IMG/VR virus record: IMGVR_UViG_3300002835_000131
Span: 1-64,000 of that record
Origin: an uncultured virus (IMG/VR IMGVR_UViG_3300002835_000131)
Taxonomy: Duplodnaviria > Heunggongvirae > Uroviricota > Caudoviricetes
Length of the DNA: 64,000 nucleotides
Direction: 5' to 3' (one strand)
Shown here one piece after another: positions 16,957 to 28,328 of this stretch. The position numbers and the translations under genes are program-made. The first letter of the stretch is position 1; each line of letters begins with the position of its first letter. The notes beneath the pieces were generated by a model. That model saw only the letters and a list, made by a program, of their open reading frames with translations, did no database searches and was not told the origin of the DNA.

Positions 16957-18812
16957 TGGCAACAATTAAAGATATAAAGTACCTAAATAAAGATTTTACA
17001 GAGTTAAGATCTAGTTTAGTAAACTACGTTAAAACGTATTTTCCAACTACGTATAACGATTTTACTCCAGCATCACCAGGTATGATGTTTATGGAAATGG
17101 CAGCTTATGTAGGTGATGTTTTGTCATTCTATTTAGATAATCAATTCCAAGAAACATTTTTACAATATGCTCGTCAAACAAATAATTTATATGAATTAGC
17201 TTATATGTTTGGTTATAAACCAAATGTAACAGGTGTAGCATTAGCTGATATAAATTTTTATCAACAAGTACCTGCTATATCTTCAGGTTCATCTTATATA
17301 CCTGATTTTAATTATGCTTTATATATTGAACCTAATTCTAGAGTAACATCTAATCTTAATTCAAACATTTCATTTTTAGTTGGAGATCCAGTTGATTTTT
17401 CATTTTCAAGTTCAAGTGATCCAACTGAAGTAACTATATATCAAATAACAGGAACAACTCCTCAATCATTTTTATTAAAGAAAACTCGTAAATCTATTTC
17501 TGCTACTCTTAAGTCTAAAACTTATACATTTGGAGAACCAGTTCAATTTGCAACTGTTGAATTAAATGATGAAAATATTATTGGTATATTAGATTGTGTT
17601 GATACTGATAGTAATCCATGGTATGAAGTTGATTATTTAGCTCAAGATACAATTTATAAATCAATAAGAAATACTAACACTAACGATCCTTATTTATCAC
17701 AATATCAAGGAGATACACCTTATTTATTACAATTAGAACAAGTTCAAAGAAGATTTGTTACTCGTTTTATTGATTCAGGCTCATTACAAATACAATTTGG
17801 TGCTGGAACCGCAACAGATAAAGATGAAGAAATTATTCCTAATCCAGACAATGTTGGTTTAGGTTTACCATTTGAAAAAGATAGATTAACAGTAGCTTAC
17901 TCACCTAATAACTTTACTTTTACTCGTACCTATGGTATAGCTCCGTCTACTACTCAATTAACCTTTAGTTACTTAACTGGAGGAGGAGTTTCAGCGAATG
18001 TGCCGTCTAATGACTTAACTCAGTTTAATGGCAGTGTTCAATTCTTAAATAGTAATCTAAATTCTACTACAGCTAATACAATATTTAATTCATTAGCTGT
18101 ATCAAATCCAGAAGCAGCAAGTGGAGGAGGTAGTGGAGATACAGAAGAAGAAATTAGACAAAATTCATCTGCTAACTTTGCTTCACAACAACGTAATGTT
18201 ACTCAAGATGATTATTTAGTTAGAACATTAGCTATGCCGGCTAAATATGGTACAGTAGCAAAAGCATATATTGAACCTACTAAAGCACAAACTATATCAG
18301 CTGGTGAATCTAATTCAATATTAGATTTATATGTTTTAAGTAATAATGCTCAAGGTCAATTAACCACAGGCTCATTAGCTTTAAAACAAAATGTAATTAC
18401 TTATCTATCACAATATAGAATGGTTAATGATTCTATTAATATTAAAGATGGATTTATTATTAATATTGGAGTAAATTTTGAAATTATAATTTTACCTAAC
18501 TATAATAATAATCAAGTATTAACAGCTTGTATATTAGCATTACAAGATTATTTCACAATTGATAAATGGCAAATTAATCAACCTATCTTATTACGTAATT
18601 TATATATACTTTTAGATAGAATTGAAGGAGTTCAAACAGTAAAAACTGTGGATATAGTAAATAAAGTAGGTACTAATTTAGGATATTCACCTTATGCTTA
18701 CGATATTACAGGAGCAACAGCAAATAATGTTATTTATCCTAGTTTAGATCCATCTATATTTGAAGTAAAATACTTAAACACAGACATTCAAGGTAAAGTA
18801 GTACCTTTATAA
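16956..18812 (+). CDS. baseplate wedge protein (gp6/J-like)
   Basis: DFTELRSSL..YNDF..EMAAYVGDVLSFYLD; GG.DTEEEIR..QRNVTQDDY. Confidence 0.88.
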   Translation: MATIKDIKYLNKDFTELRSSLVNYVKTYFPTTYNDFTPASPGMMFMEMAAYVGDVLSFYLDNQFQETFLQYARQTNNLYELAYMFGYKPNVTGVALADINFYQQVPAISSGSSYIPDFNYALYIEPNSRVTSNLNSNISFLVGDPVDFSFSSSSDPTEVTIYQITGTTPQSFLLKKTRKSISATLKSKTYTFGEPVQFATVELNDENIIGILDCVDTDSNPWYEVDYLAQDTIYKSIRNTNTNDPYLSQYQGDTPYLLQLEQVQRRFVTRFIDSGSLQIQFGAGTATDKDEEIIPNPDNVGLGLPFEKDRLTVAYSPNNFTFTRTYGIAPSTTQLTFSYLTGGGVSANVPSNDLTQFNGSVQFLNSNLNSTTANTIFNSLAVSNPEAASGGGSGDTEEEIRQNSSANFASQQRNVTQDDYLVRTLAMPAKYGTVAKAYIEPTKAQTISAGESNSILDLYVLSNNAQGQLTTGSLALKQNVITYLSQYRMVNDSINIKDGFIINIGVNFEIIILPNYNNNQVLTACILALQDYFTIDKWQINQPILLRNLYILLDRIEGVQTVKTVDIVNKVGTNLGYSPYAYDITGATANNVIYPSLDPSIFEVKYLNTDIQGKVVPL

Positions 18813-18822
18813 TAATTAAATA

Positions 18823-19959
18823 ATGGCAGTATATAAAATATTTCCTACTCAAGATGCAACTATGTATTCTATGTTCCCACAGATGAATACAGGTATTGAT
18901 GAGATCATAGAAGCAACAACAACAACATTTGGTCCATTTGTTCCAAATCCTGAAGTTAGTAGATTTTTAATTCAATTCGATTCAAACGAAATGAATAGTA
19001 TTATTAGTACTAGAATAGGAGCAAGACAATGGGATGCTTATTTACAATGTTACGCGGCCGTTGTGACAGGTTTAAATGAACCTACTACAATAGATATTTT
19101 TCCATCTTCACAAAGTTGGAATAACGGTACAGGAAAATATTTAGATCAGCCAGTAACTACAGATGGAGTTTCTTGGGTATGGACTAATTATTCAGGTTCT
19201 ATACAATGGACTACAGCATCTTTTAATGCTGGTTCTACAGGTTCATATAGTACAACACCTGGAGGAGGAGTATGGTATAATAATATATCATCATCTCAAT
19301 TATTTCAATACTCAGATAATATTGATTTAAATGTTAGTGTAAAAAATATAGTAAGTGCTTGGTATACAGGTAGTTTAACTAATACTTATAATACTAGTAG
19401 TAGTTTACCAAATAATGGATTCATAGTTAAACAAGCTAATCAAGATGAGTTTATAGATAATCCTAATGTTCAAGTAGAATTTAAATTTTTCTCAATTGAT
19501 ACTAATACTATTTATCCTCCTCAATTAGAGTTTAGATGGAATGATACATCTAGTTATACTGGCTCAACAACTGTCACTACTATTAATACAGATCAAATGA
19601 CTGTTGTATTAGGAGAAAACCCAGGTACATTTTATAGTGGTAGTATTAATAAATTTAGAGTAAATTGTAGACCAACATACCCACCAGTAGTATTTCAAAC
19701 AGCGTCAATTTATCTTCAAAATTATTATTTACCTACTGAATCATATTGGTCATTAAAAGATTTATCTACCAACGAAGTAATTATAGATTTCAGTGATCCT
19801 TATACTAAACTAAGTACAGATATTTCAGGTAGTTTCTTTACAATGTATATGAATGGTTTAGAACCAGAAAGAAATTACCAAATATTAATTAAAACTATTT
19901 TTAGTGGTTCAGTACTTATTTTTAATGATGATTATTACTTTAAGGTAGTTAATGGATAA
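18823..19959 (+). CDS. virion structural protein
   Basis: In the baseplate operon; DAT.YS..NTG.DEI, NNGFIVK, YPPQLE; many S/T-G-S motifs. Confidence 0.65.
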   Translation: MAVYKIFPTQDATMYSMFPQMNTGIDEIIEATTTTFGPFVPNPEVSRFLIQFDSNEMNSIISTRIGARQWDAYLQCYAAVVTGLNEPTTIDIFPSSQSWNNGTGKYLDQPVTTDGVSWVWTNYSGSIQWTTASFNAGSTGSYSTTPGGGVWYNNISSSQLFQYSDNIDLNVSVKNIVSAWYTGSLTNTYNTSSSLPNNGFIVKQANQDEFIDNPNVQVEFKFFSIDTNTIYPPQLEFRWNDTSSYTGSTTVTTINTDQMTVVLGENPGTFYSGSINKFRVNCRPTYPPVVFQTASIYLQNYYLPTESYWSLKDLSTNEVIIDFSDPYTKLSTDISGSFFTMYMNGLEPERNYQILIKTIFSGSVLIFNDDYYFKVVNG

Positions 19960-20312
19960 TGGAACAAGTAAATTTAAATAAAAATGTTTTTTTAAAGGAT
20001 CAATATGAAAAAGTTATTGATACTTCATTCACTCAACTAGTACAGCCAGCTGCTACTAGTTCAGTTGTTCCTCCATCTATTTCAATAGCTGAATTTTTTA
20101 CTAATTATCAAACATTATTTTTTGAAATACCTAAGTATGGTAATACAAATTCACATGAATATTTGATAAAAACAAGCCAAGCATACGCTGGTGATTTTAG
20201 TAATAGTGATGATACTATTCAAGCATTAATTGAGGAAGTAACATCATTAAGACAAGAAAATTTAACTTTACAAGAACAAATATTAAATCCTACAGGTAGC
20301 ATTAATCAATAA
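19959..20312 (+). CDS. hypothetical virion protein
   Basis: Stop/start-coupled ORF. Confidence 0.7.
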   Translation: MEQVNLNKNVFLKDQYEKVIDTSFTQLVQPAATSSVVPPSISIAEFFTNYQTLFFEIPKYGNTNSHEYLIKTSQAYAGDFSNSDDTIQALIEEVTSLRQENLTLQEQILNPTGSINQ

Positions 20313-23300
20313 TGAGTAAAATAGTTAATATACAACCAGTTAATCCTATAACATTTGAATATCAAACATATTCACCTCAGGATGAATCTTTAATATCTAG
20401 CTTTGAAGTCACTAATAATTTTAATGTTTCTTCAAGTTATATAGAGTATTTTATTTATGATTTAAATAATAATATTTTATATAGTAATGAAATTGGCTAT
20501 AGTGGTTATTCATTTCAAGGAGCAAATGTATTAACTATTGATCCTCAAATTGATTTAGAAACTCAAGGATATACAGAAGGTCAATACTATACAGTTTATA
20601 ATTTTTTAAATCCATTATTATCATCTAACGCTCTTAATCGTTATTATATTGATCAAATCAGTTCAGATAGAACTGAAATTAGATTAAACACTACTCAAAT
20701 ACCTAATATTGATGTTGTATCTTCTTCTTTAGAATTACAAATTCAAATTAGTCAATCTTTTGGAGGTTATAAAGATTTTTACTTAGATTTTGGATCAAAT
20801 CAACTTATTATTGCTAATAATGTATTATTAGATAATAGTAATCCAAATGATCCTACAGTATTAATTAAATTATATGATCCGCTTCCTTTAGATTTTAGTT
20901 TACAATCTCAATGTTGGGTAGTAGAAACAATAATTGAACCTTTAGCTTATCAAATTGAAATAACTCAAGTATTTCAACCATTAGATGAGTTTATACAATT
21001 AAAAGGACCTAATACTAATTTAAATATTAGTGATCAAATTAATAATTCAACTGATTATATTAATTATTCTTCATTAAAAGCTACAACCTCATTAAATAAT
21101 TCATCAAGTTTAAAATATCAATTAAATAGTTTACTTGCTGAAAAAGGAATTTCAATTAATATAGATTATAATAATTTTAGTAATTTTTGCAATTTTTCTT
21201 CAGCACAAACACGTATAGAAAATTTTTACTATAAATTAGTATTAATTGAACAATATAGTGTTAGTAGTAGTTATACAACAGGTTCAACTAATTATTATAC
21301 ATCAGGTAGTCAAACTATTTGGGATAGTAAAATAAATGATATTATAACTAATTTTGATGGTTATGAATATTTCTTATATTTTGACTCAGGAAGTAATTCA
21401 TGGCCTAAATCTAATAGTACTCCTCCTTATAATAATTTATCTACAAACGCTTCAGCTTCACAAGCTTGGTTAAATATTAAGTTAGTAGAGGCAGAAGAAT
21501 ATGATTTAGAAAATAGTAACAATTTAATTTATAGTATTCCTAGCTATCTATTAGATGACCCAGCAAACGCTCAATATGAATTATTCATTGAGATGATAGG
21601 TCAATACTTTGATGATATTTGGGTTTATATTAAAGATGTTACTAACAAATATAATGCTGACAACAGATTAAATTATGGAGTATCTAAAGACTTAGTAGCT
21701 CAAATATTAAGAGATTTAGGTGTTAAAATTTATCAAAACAATTTTTCAGTAGATAATTTATATACTGCTTTCTTAGGATTAACTAATTCAGGAAGTTTAT
21801 ATAATATTCCTAATATTACAAATACATTACCAGCTCCAACCGGTTTAGAGTATATTAACCTTATAGTTACCGCCTCTAACACAGCGTCTCTAGTAGGTAC
21901 AGATGATGTTAATAAAGAAACTTATAAGCGTATTTACCACAATTTACCATTCTTATTAAAGAAAAAAGGTTCATATGAGGGTTTAAGAGCATTAATTACT
22001 ACATACGGTATTCCTGAAACTATTTTAAGTATAAGTGAGTATGGTGGTAAAGATAAAAATCCTAATACATGGGATTATTTTAAACAAATTTACAATTATA
22101 ATTTAATTACTGGTTCTGGAGTAATAACTACCCCATGGACTTTAAATTCAAGTTGGGATACGTTAAATGCAACTAACACTCCTTCAACTGTACAATTTAG
22201 ATTTCAAACCCAAGGTTTACCTACTTCTAATATTCCATTATCTCAAAGTTTATGGCTTGTTAGAGCAGACGGAGTAGATGAAGGAGCAGGAATAGTATTA
22301 ACATATACAGGATCAGGATATACATCAGGATCATATAGCGGATCAATTCCTAACCCTTATAATCAATATGCTAATTTAGTATTTTATCCTTCTTATAATT
22401 CATTATCAACTACAGCTAGTGTTTATTTACCTTTCTTTGATGGTGGATGGTGGTCAGTGATGGTTACCCAAACTGGTTCTAATTACAATATATACGCAGG
22501 TAATAAAATATATCAAGGATTTGAAGGTAATACTATAGGATTTTTAGCTTCTTCATCAGTAAATTATGTAGGAGGATTATGGGAATCAGCTAGTGTAACT
22601 AGTTCATTCTATAATACAGATAATGAATATCCAGCTAATAGTTTAACTGGTTCATTACAAGAAATTAGATATTACACTCAACCTATATCAGTTAATAGAT
22701 TTGAAGATTATATAATGAATCCTCAATCTATTGAATCAGAAGATACACCTAATCAATTAGCTTTTAGAGCTTCATTAGGTGGAGAATTGTATACTGCTTC
22801 GTTATCAATACATCCTAAAGTAACTGGTTCTTGGATAGCTACATCTTCATTTGCTGGAGGTAATAATAGTTGGACTTCTAGTTTAACCCCATTATTTACT
22901 TCTAATACAGAATATGCTTACTATAATCAACCAGCAGTAGGTATTCAAAATCCTATCACTGATAAGATTAAAGTAGCAAGTATGATAATGCCTACAGGCA
23001 GTACTTTATCTCCTTATATTTCAATACAACAAAATCCTCCAATATCACAAAGTGTAACTAGAGATATTGATTATGTTGAAGTAGCATTTTCTCCTCAAGA
23101 TGAAATTAATATTGACATTTATGATCAATTAGGTTACTTTAATATTGGAGAATATATTGGTGATCCAAGATTAGTACCAACTAAAGAAGAATCATATCCT
23201 CCTTTAGATGATTTAAGAGACGCTTATTTTGAAAAATATACTAGCAACTATGATGAATGGGATTATATAAGACTTATTAAGTTCTTTGATAACTCATTAT

Positions 23301-24145
23301 TTAAAATGTTACAAGATTGGGTTCCTGCTAGAACAAGTTTAGCAGCAGGAGTTGTTGTAAAACAACACGTTTTAGAACGTAACAAATATCCATTACCTCA
23401 AGCTAATATTACCTCATCAATTGCCTTTATAGGTAGTGGATCAACTAATATTCCTTATTTAACTGAAAATATTTTAGTTACTGGTTCATCAGTTCAGATG
23501 GGTTATATTGAAGGAGGTGAAGGTGGATCAATTCGTAATTCTGAGAATTTAATATATACTTCATCATTTTTTAATTTAGCGGCCACTAATACTTTAACTT
23601 TAAATTTGGAGTTAACAGGACCAGTTCGTATCATTAGTAATATATCATCATCACAAGAAGCATTAACACCAGCAGTTATAAAATTTTATAATGGTGATGT
23701 TACTACAGATGAATTAATATATACAACATCATCATTACCACTTAATTATACATTAAATGAAATATTTAATATAACAAGTGGATATTTAACTATAAAAAAT
23801 GACAGTGATAATGCTAATATTAAATTTTCAAATGTTCTAATATATTCTGAACCGGCTTATTATACTGTGAATATAACACCAGTAGGTGATTTTGAACAAT
23901 TAGTAACTAATGAATTTGATTATAATGGTGAATTAGAAGGAACAAATTTAGAAGTAACTAATGGTGATTTAAATGGTAATAATACCTTTTTACAATATCC
24001 TAAAACTCCAACTAATTATTCTCCTGTATTTTACAATTCGAATACAGTATCAGCAGATATATTTTTATTAAATACAACAGTACCAGAATCAGGTCAAATA
24101 TATTTATTTTATGATACCGGTTCTACTTCATCTCCAGCAGACTAA
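20312..24145 (+). CDS. large baseplate/tail structural protein (gp7-like region plus lectin-like insert)
   Basis: LLKKKGS..GLRALI..YG wedge-like motif; LTGSLQEIRYY LamG-like motif. Confidence 0.65.
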   Translation: MSKIVNIQPVNPITFEYQTYSPQDESLISSFEVTNNFNVSSSYIEYFIYDLNNNILYSNEIGYSGYSFQGANVLTIDPQIDLETQGYTEGQYYTVYNFLNPLLSSNALNRYYIDQISSDRTEIRLNTTQIPNIDVVSSSLELQIQISQSFGGYKDFYLDFGSNQLIIANNVLLDNSNPNDPTVLIKLYDPLPLDFSLQSQCWVVETIIEPLAYQIEITQVFQPLDEFIQLKGPNTNLNISDQINNSTDYINYSSLKATTSLNNSSSLKYQLNSLLAEKGISINIDYNNFSNFCNFSSAQTRIENFYYKLVLIEQYSVSSSYTTGSTNYYTSGSQTIWDSKINDIITNFDGYEYFLYFDSGSNSWPKSNSTPPYNNLSTNASASQAWLNIKLVEAEEYDLENSNNLIYSIPSYLLDDPANAQYELFIEMIGQYFDDIWVYIKDVTNKYNADNRLNYGVSKDLVAQILRDLGVKIYQNNFSVDNLYTAFLGLTNSGSLYNIPNITNTLPAPTGLEYINLIVTASNTASLVGTDDVNKETYKRIYHNLPFLLKKKGSYEGLRALITTYGIPETILSISEYGGKDKNPNTWDYFKQIYNYNLITGSGVITTPWTLNSSWDTLNATNTPSTVQFRFQTQGLPTSNIPLSQSLWLVRADGVDEGAGIVLTYTGSGYTSGSYSGSIPNPYNQYANLVFYPSYNSLSTTASVYLPFFDGGWWSVMVTQTGSNYNIYAGNKIYQGFEGNTIGFLASSSVNYVGGLWESASVTSSFYNTDNEYPANSLTGSLQEIRYYTQPISVNRFEDYIMNPQSIESEDTPNQLAFRASLGGELYTASLSIHPKVTGSWIATSSFAGGNNSWTSSLTPLFTSNTEYAYYNQPAVGIQNPITDKIKVASMIMPTGSTLSPYISIQQNPPISQSVTRDIDYVEVAFSPQDEINIDIYDQLGYFNIGEYIGDPRLVPTKEESYPPLDDLRDAYFEKYTSNYDEWDYIRLIKFFDNSLFKMLQDWVPARTSLAAGVVVKQHVLERNKYPLPQANITSSIAFIGSGSTNIPYLTENILVTGSSVQMGYIEGGEGGSIRNSENLIYTSSFFNLAATNTLTLNLELTGPVRIISNISSSQEALTPAVIKFYNGDVTTDELIYTTSSLPLNYTLNEIFNITSGYLTIKNDSDNANIKFSNVLIYSEPAYYTVNITPVGDFEQLVTNEFDYNGELEGTNLEVTNGDLNGNNTFLQYPKTPTNYSPVFYNSNTVSADIFLLNTTVPESGQIYLFYDTGSTSSPAD

Positions 24146-24148
24146 TAT

Positions 24149-26581
24149 ATGGCATATACCCCCGTTTTTTCACAAGGTGTTAAATTTATTAAAATTGCTC
24201 GTATAGACGATCAAGGTAAGGATAATACTTTGTCTTTACAAGAATTAAATAGTATTAGAATTGACTATAGTGATACAGGTATAATAGAATATCCTGTCAC
24301 TTCAATTTCAAAATATAATACTTATTTCTTATTTGGGATAGCACCAACTAATGCTACTTCATCAGCTGATAATCAAGTACTAAATTATAGATTTTCAGCT
24401 TCGTATACTAGAGATTTTGCAGTTGGTACAACATATATTTTAAATAATTATATACCTTATGGATCTGAAGCTTATGATAATTTAGGATATTTTGATATGA
24501 GTAATGGTAGATACACATTAGGAAATCAACCTAATATACCTATCATTATAAAAGTGTCAGCTTCTGTTACTTCATCAGCAGATGAAGTTACCTCTGTTTT
24601 ACGTATAGTTTCTAATCTTAATGGAATTGTAGCTTCACAAAGTTATTTTTTCCCTACAGGAAATCCTAGAACTATAATGACATCATCATTTACAACAGTC
24701 CCAATAACTGGAGAATATTTTTATTTAACTTTTTCTCCTGGAGCTGATGCTCAATTTACAGGAAGTTATTTTGCTACTCAATCAGTACCACCTACAGCTT
24801 CTGTTTCAGATTTAGTTGTTTTACAACCATATATTGATGAAAATTTTTATGTTAGTGAATATAATGTATTAGCAGGAAATGCTGTTATACCTCGCTATAG
24901 TGAACTTTATATGGATGTAGATTATTCTACTAATATTGTACAAGCTGTAAACCAAGTACAAATCATATCAGGATCAGCAACTAGAGCAGCAGTACAAGAC
25001 TCAAACTATACAACATTTGCTAACACTAGTCCAAGATATATTGGTAAAGAATTATCTTCAGCGGCTATAAATGTATGGACAGAAGGTGATATATCTTATG
25101 GTAAAGTACCTAATGTAAGTAATCCTGAAGTAAATTTTGTTTCATTTAAAAGTTTAAATGGTACTTCACCTCAATGGGGTAATAATAATGTTGATTTAAC
25201 TCAAGTTAATATTGAATATATTATTGATAGTAATAATAATCTCACAAAACCTATTAATGATACTGACAATATAAATTTAAATACAATTCGCCAAACATTT
25301 CCAGAATCAACACCTTCAATAAATAATAGAACACATAATCAATCTAATGCTTCTCTTTTTTTAAATAATGTAGAAGTATCAGGATCTGATTTATCAACAC
25401 TAAATGGTCAGTGGCCTCTTTTTAAAAGTGGATATAGAATTGAACCTATTTTATATACACAAACTGCTAGTTATGATGTTAGTGGTAATGTAACAGGATT
25501 TGGTTACACAACAACAATGTCATTTGTTCAAGGAGAACAAGGTCCTAATGTGACTAAAAATGATTATATGATGTATGCGGCAGGTACAGAAGATATAATA
25601 ACCCCTAGCCAACCCCTTTCAGTAGGAATGGCATTACCTGCTGGACTTCATTTTACCTCTGTAAATATAGGATCTTCAGGAAGTTTACGTGATAATATTT
25701 TTATCGCTTATTCTGGTAGTATTTATAATCCTACAGGATCTTTAACTAATTTAAAAACAGAAGGATATATTTTAGATTTTCGTGTTAAATTAGTATCTAA
25801 TACTATTACTGCTGTTACAGTCACTTATGCTTTACAAAAATCAATTAATGGAGGATCTAGTTGGAGTGATTTAGCGACAACTCAAGTTAATTATGCTTTT
25901 ACCCCTCAAAACGTAAAGGATTTAGGAGTTAGTAGAGACGCTAATATTTTTTATCAAGAACGTAATGCCACAACTTCTTCATTATATAGAGTAGCTGTTA
26001 CCAGTACTGAAGTATTTAAATATGATTCACCTCCCCAAGCCATACCTACTCAAAGTCCAGTATATTTAAATAATAATTCATATTTTTGGATAACTCAATA
26101 CCCAGCTCCAAATACTGGTTTAGCAAAAGCTCCATTTTGGACAACAGGTTCATCCGCTAATATATTATTAGCTAGTACAGCATCTGAAGGTTTAAATATT
26201 TATAGAAATCAAAAACAAAAAGATATAGCAAATAGTGGATTTAAACCTATTAACTTAGATTTTGAACCTCAAATATATGATGAAATTCGATTTGAAGGAT
26301 TAGAACAATTATCATTTATTATTACTACTGTTACTGAATCAGCTAATAACCAAATGATACTTAATTTAGATCAAGAAATACCAAATGGAGTTAACTTAGA
26401 TCGTTTCTTATTAAGACGATATGTAGATGATCCATCAAGTATTTTACTTAATGTAAATTATCCATTGCAAGATAAAAGTGGTAGTTCTAGTAGTACAGGT
26501 AATGGTATTTTAAAACCACAATATGTTACTAAAGAAGTAGACACAATAATTCAAAATATACTAACTCAAAATTTAATATAA
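24149..26581 (+). CDS. virion structural protein (tail/baseplate)
   Basis: 810 aa, S/T-rich beta-type protein in the structural operon. Confidence 0.6.
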   Translation: MAYTPVFSQGVKFIKIARIDDQGKDNTLSLQELNSIRIDYSDTGIIEYPVTSISKYNTYFLFGIAPTNATSSADNQVLNYRFSASYTRDFAVGTTYILNNYIPYGSEAYDNLGYFDMSNGRYTLGNQPNIPIIIKVSASVTSSADEVTSVLRIVSNLNGIVASQSYFFPTGNPRTIMTSSFTTVPITGEYFYLTFSPGADAQFTGSYFATQSVPPTASVSDLVVLQPYIDENFYVSEYNVLAGNAVIPRYSELYMDVDYSTNIVQAVNQVQIISGSATRAAVQDSNYTTFANTSPRYIGKELSSAAINVWTEGDISYGKVPNVSNPEVNFVSFKSLNGTSPQWGNNNVDLTQVNIEYIIDSNNNLTKPINDTDNINLNTIRQTFPESTPSINNRTHNQSNASLFLNNVEVSGSDLSTLNGQWPLFKSGYRIEPILYTQTASYDVSGNVTGFGYTTTMSFVQGEQGPNVTKNDYMMYAAGTEDIITPSQPLSVGMALPAGLHFTSVNIGSSGSLRDNIFIAYSGSIYNPTGSLTNLKTEGYILDFRVKLVSNTITAVTVTYALQKSINGGSSWSDLATTQVNYAFTPQNVKDLGVSRDANIFYQERNATTSSLYRVAVTSTEVFKYDSPPQAIPTQSPVYLNNNSYFWITQYPAPNTGLAKAPFWTTGSSANILLASTASEGLNIYRNQKQKDIANSGFKPINLDFEPQIYDEIRFEGLEQLSFIITTVTESANNQMILNLDQEIPNGVNLDRFLLRRYVDDPSSILLNVNYPLQDKSGSSSSTGNGILKPQYVTKEVDTIIQNILTQNLI

Positions 26582-26620
26582 AATAAAATTTGTATATATT
26601 TATAACAAAAATAATAACCA

Positions 26621-27280
26621 ATGGGATATTTAAATAATACTATAGTAACAGTTGACGCGATATTAACAACAACAGGTCGTCAGTTACTAGCTCAAAACGA
26701 CGGAACGTTTAGAATCACACAATTTGCTTTAGCTGATGATGAAATTGATTATACTTTATATAATCCAAACAATCCATCAGGTTCTGCTTACTATGGTCAA
26801 GCAATTGAAAACATGCCTTTATTAGAAGCGTTTGCTGAAACTACTCAAACTATGAAATATAAGTTAGTAACTTTACCTCGTGGTACAGCTAGATTACCTA
26901 TATTATCAGTACCTCCTTCAATTAGTTTACCACAAGGTGCTTCACAAGCAATTTCACCTCAAACATTAAATTATTTAGGAGCTAACACAGTTGAACCATC
27001 AGGATACACATTTACAATCTCAGATGTTAGATTATTTTCTACATTTGAAGGTGTAGGAGTTAATTCACCCGCTGTAACAGCATTAAATGTATCTAATTCA
27101 ACTACAACATTAGGTACAACAATATCTCAAACAGTAGTAGGAACAGTACTTAATTTAAGAGCTACAACAGTGAACACATTATTCCAAACTTATACTCAAT
27201 TACAAGCTACATTAACAATAGTAGGTAGAGATAGTGGTGCAAGACAAACAATCCCAGTAACAGTAACAAAAACAGCTTAA
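26621..27280 (+). CDS. virion structural protein
   Basis: DAILTTTGRQLLA..FALADDEIDY, resembling tail-collar/baseplate N-terminal motifs. Confidence 0.65.
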   Translation: MGYLNNTIVTVDAILTTTGRQLLAQNDGTFRITQFALADDEIDYTLYNPNNPSGSAYYGQAIENMPLLEAFAETTQTMKYKLVTLPRGTARLPILSVPPSISLPQGASQAISPQTLNYLGANTVEPSGYTFTISDVRLFSTFEGVGVNSPAVTALNVSNSTTTLGTTISQTVVGTVLNLRATTVNTLFQTYTQLQATLTIVGRDSGARQTIPVTVTKTA

Positions 27281-27290
27281 TATATAACAT

Positions 27291-28325
27291 ATGTCTTTTA
27301 ATAGATTAGATCCATCAGATTTTGTAGTAAGTTCAGACTCAATAACAGCAACGTTATGGACTGGAGCTATACCTACATTAACTACATTTTTTACTTCATC
27401 AGTTCAAGAAGCTGGTTCAAGTGGAGATTATTATTTAAATGTTTTTCAAGCTGATCCTCAAACATCATCTACTGCATCAATTCAATTTGCGGTAGCTTAT
27501 GGTAACTCAGCCGGAAGCGGAAGTACATTATATAACTCAGCAGTAAATGGATTATCACCTACTTCAACAGTTTATGGTCAATACCAAAATATAGTATTAG
27601 GAGATGAAAATACAAATTTTGTATTTGGAGCATTTACTTCTTCACAATTTTGGGCTATATCATTTGAAAGAGCAAGATATAAACAATCATTATTCCCTGG
27701 TTCTTTAACATTAGAATTATCAGGTAGTTTAGGAGTTATATCTTTAACTGATAATAGTAATTATGTTGCTTCTCAAACATTTAATGAAGCTGGTAGGGTA
27801 TTTCAATTAATTTCAGGTTCAGCAGGTGTTAAAGTAACTACAGCATCTACAACAACTGATGGATTTAGTTTAAACTCAGGTTCATATGGTTGGTTATTAC
27901 CAGATATTGGAACTATTTTATTAAACCCAGCAGCATTAAGTGGCTCAGTAGCTTCAGGTGGTATTGGATTAAATTATAGTATAGTATCAAATTCAACAGG
28001 TAGTAATAATCAAAAATTATATAGAGCCATAAGTGGTTCAACAGCCGCTACATTTACAATTAATTCTCAAGAAACAATTACTTCAGATTTTATATTTGTA
28101 AGACCTAGAAGTGCAGAATTTAATTACTCAGAAAATCCATCATTCATTTCAGGTTCAACAGGTGAGGTATTATATCCTTCATTTATTAATAACCCACAAA
28201 CTTACATTACAACAGTAGGTTTATATAACGATACTAACGAATTATTAGCGGTAGCAAAATTATCTAGACCATTATTAAAAGACTTTACAAAAGAAGCTCT
28301 TATTAGAGTAAAATTAGATTTCTAA
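27291..28325 (+). CDS. baseplate/tail-collar-like structural protein
   Basis: C-terminal YITTVGLYND..ELLAVAKLSRP. Confidence 0.65.
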   Translation: MSFNRLDPSDFVVSSDSITATLWTGAIPTLTTFFTSSVQEAGSSGDYYLNVFQADPQTSSTASIQFAVAYGNSAGSGSTLYNSAVNGLSPTSTVYGQYQNIVLGDENTNFVFGAFTSSQFWAISFERARYKQSLFPGSLTLELSGSLGVISLTDNSNYVASQTFNEAGRVFQLISGSAGVKVTTASTTTDGFSLNSGSYGWLLPDIGTILLNPAALSGSVASGGIGLNYSIVSNSTGSNNQKLYRAISGSTAATFTINSQETITSDFIFVRPRSAEFNYSENPSFISGSTGEVLYPSFINNPQTYITTVGLYNDTNELLAVAKLSRPLLKDFTKEALIRVKLDF

Positions 28326-28328
28326 TGA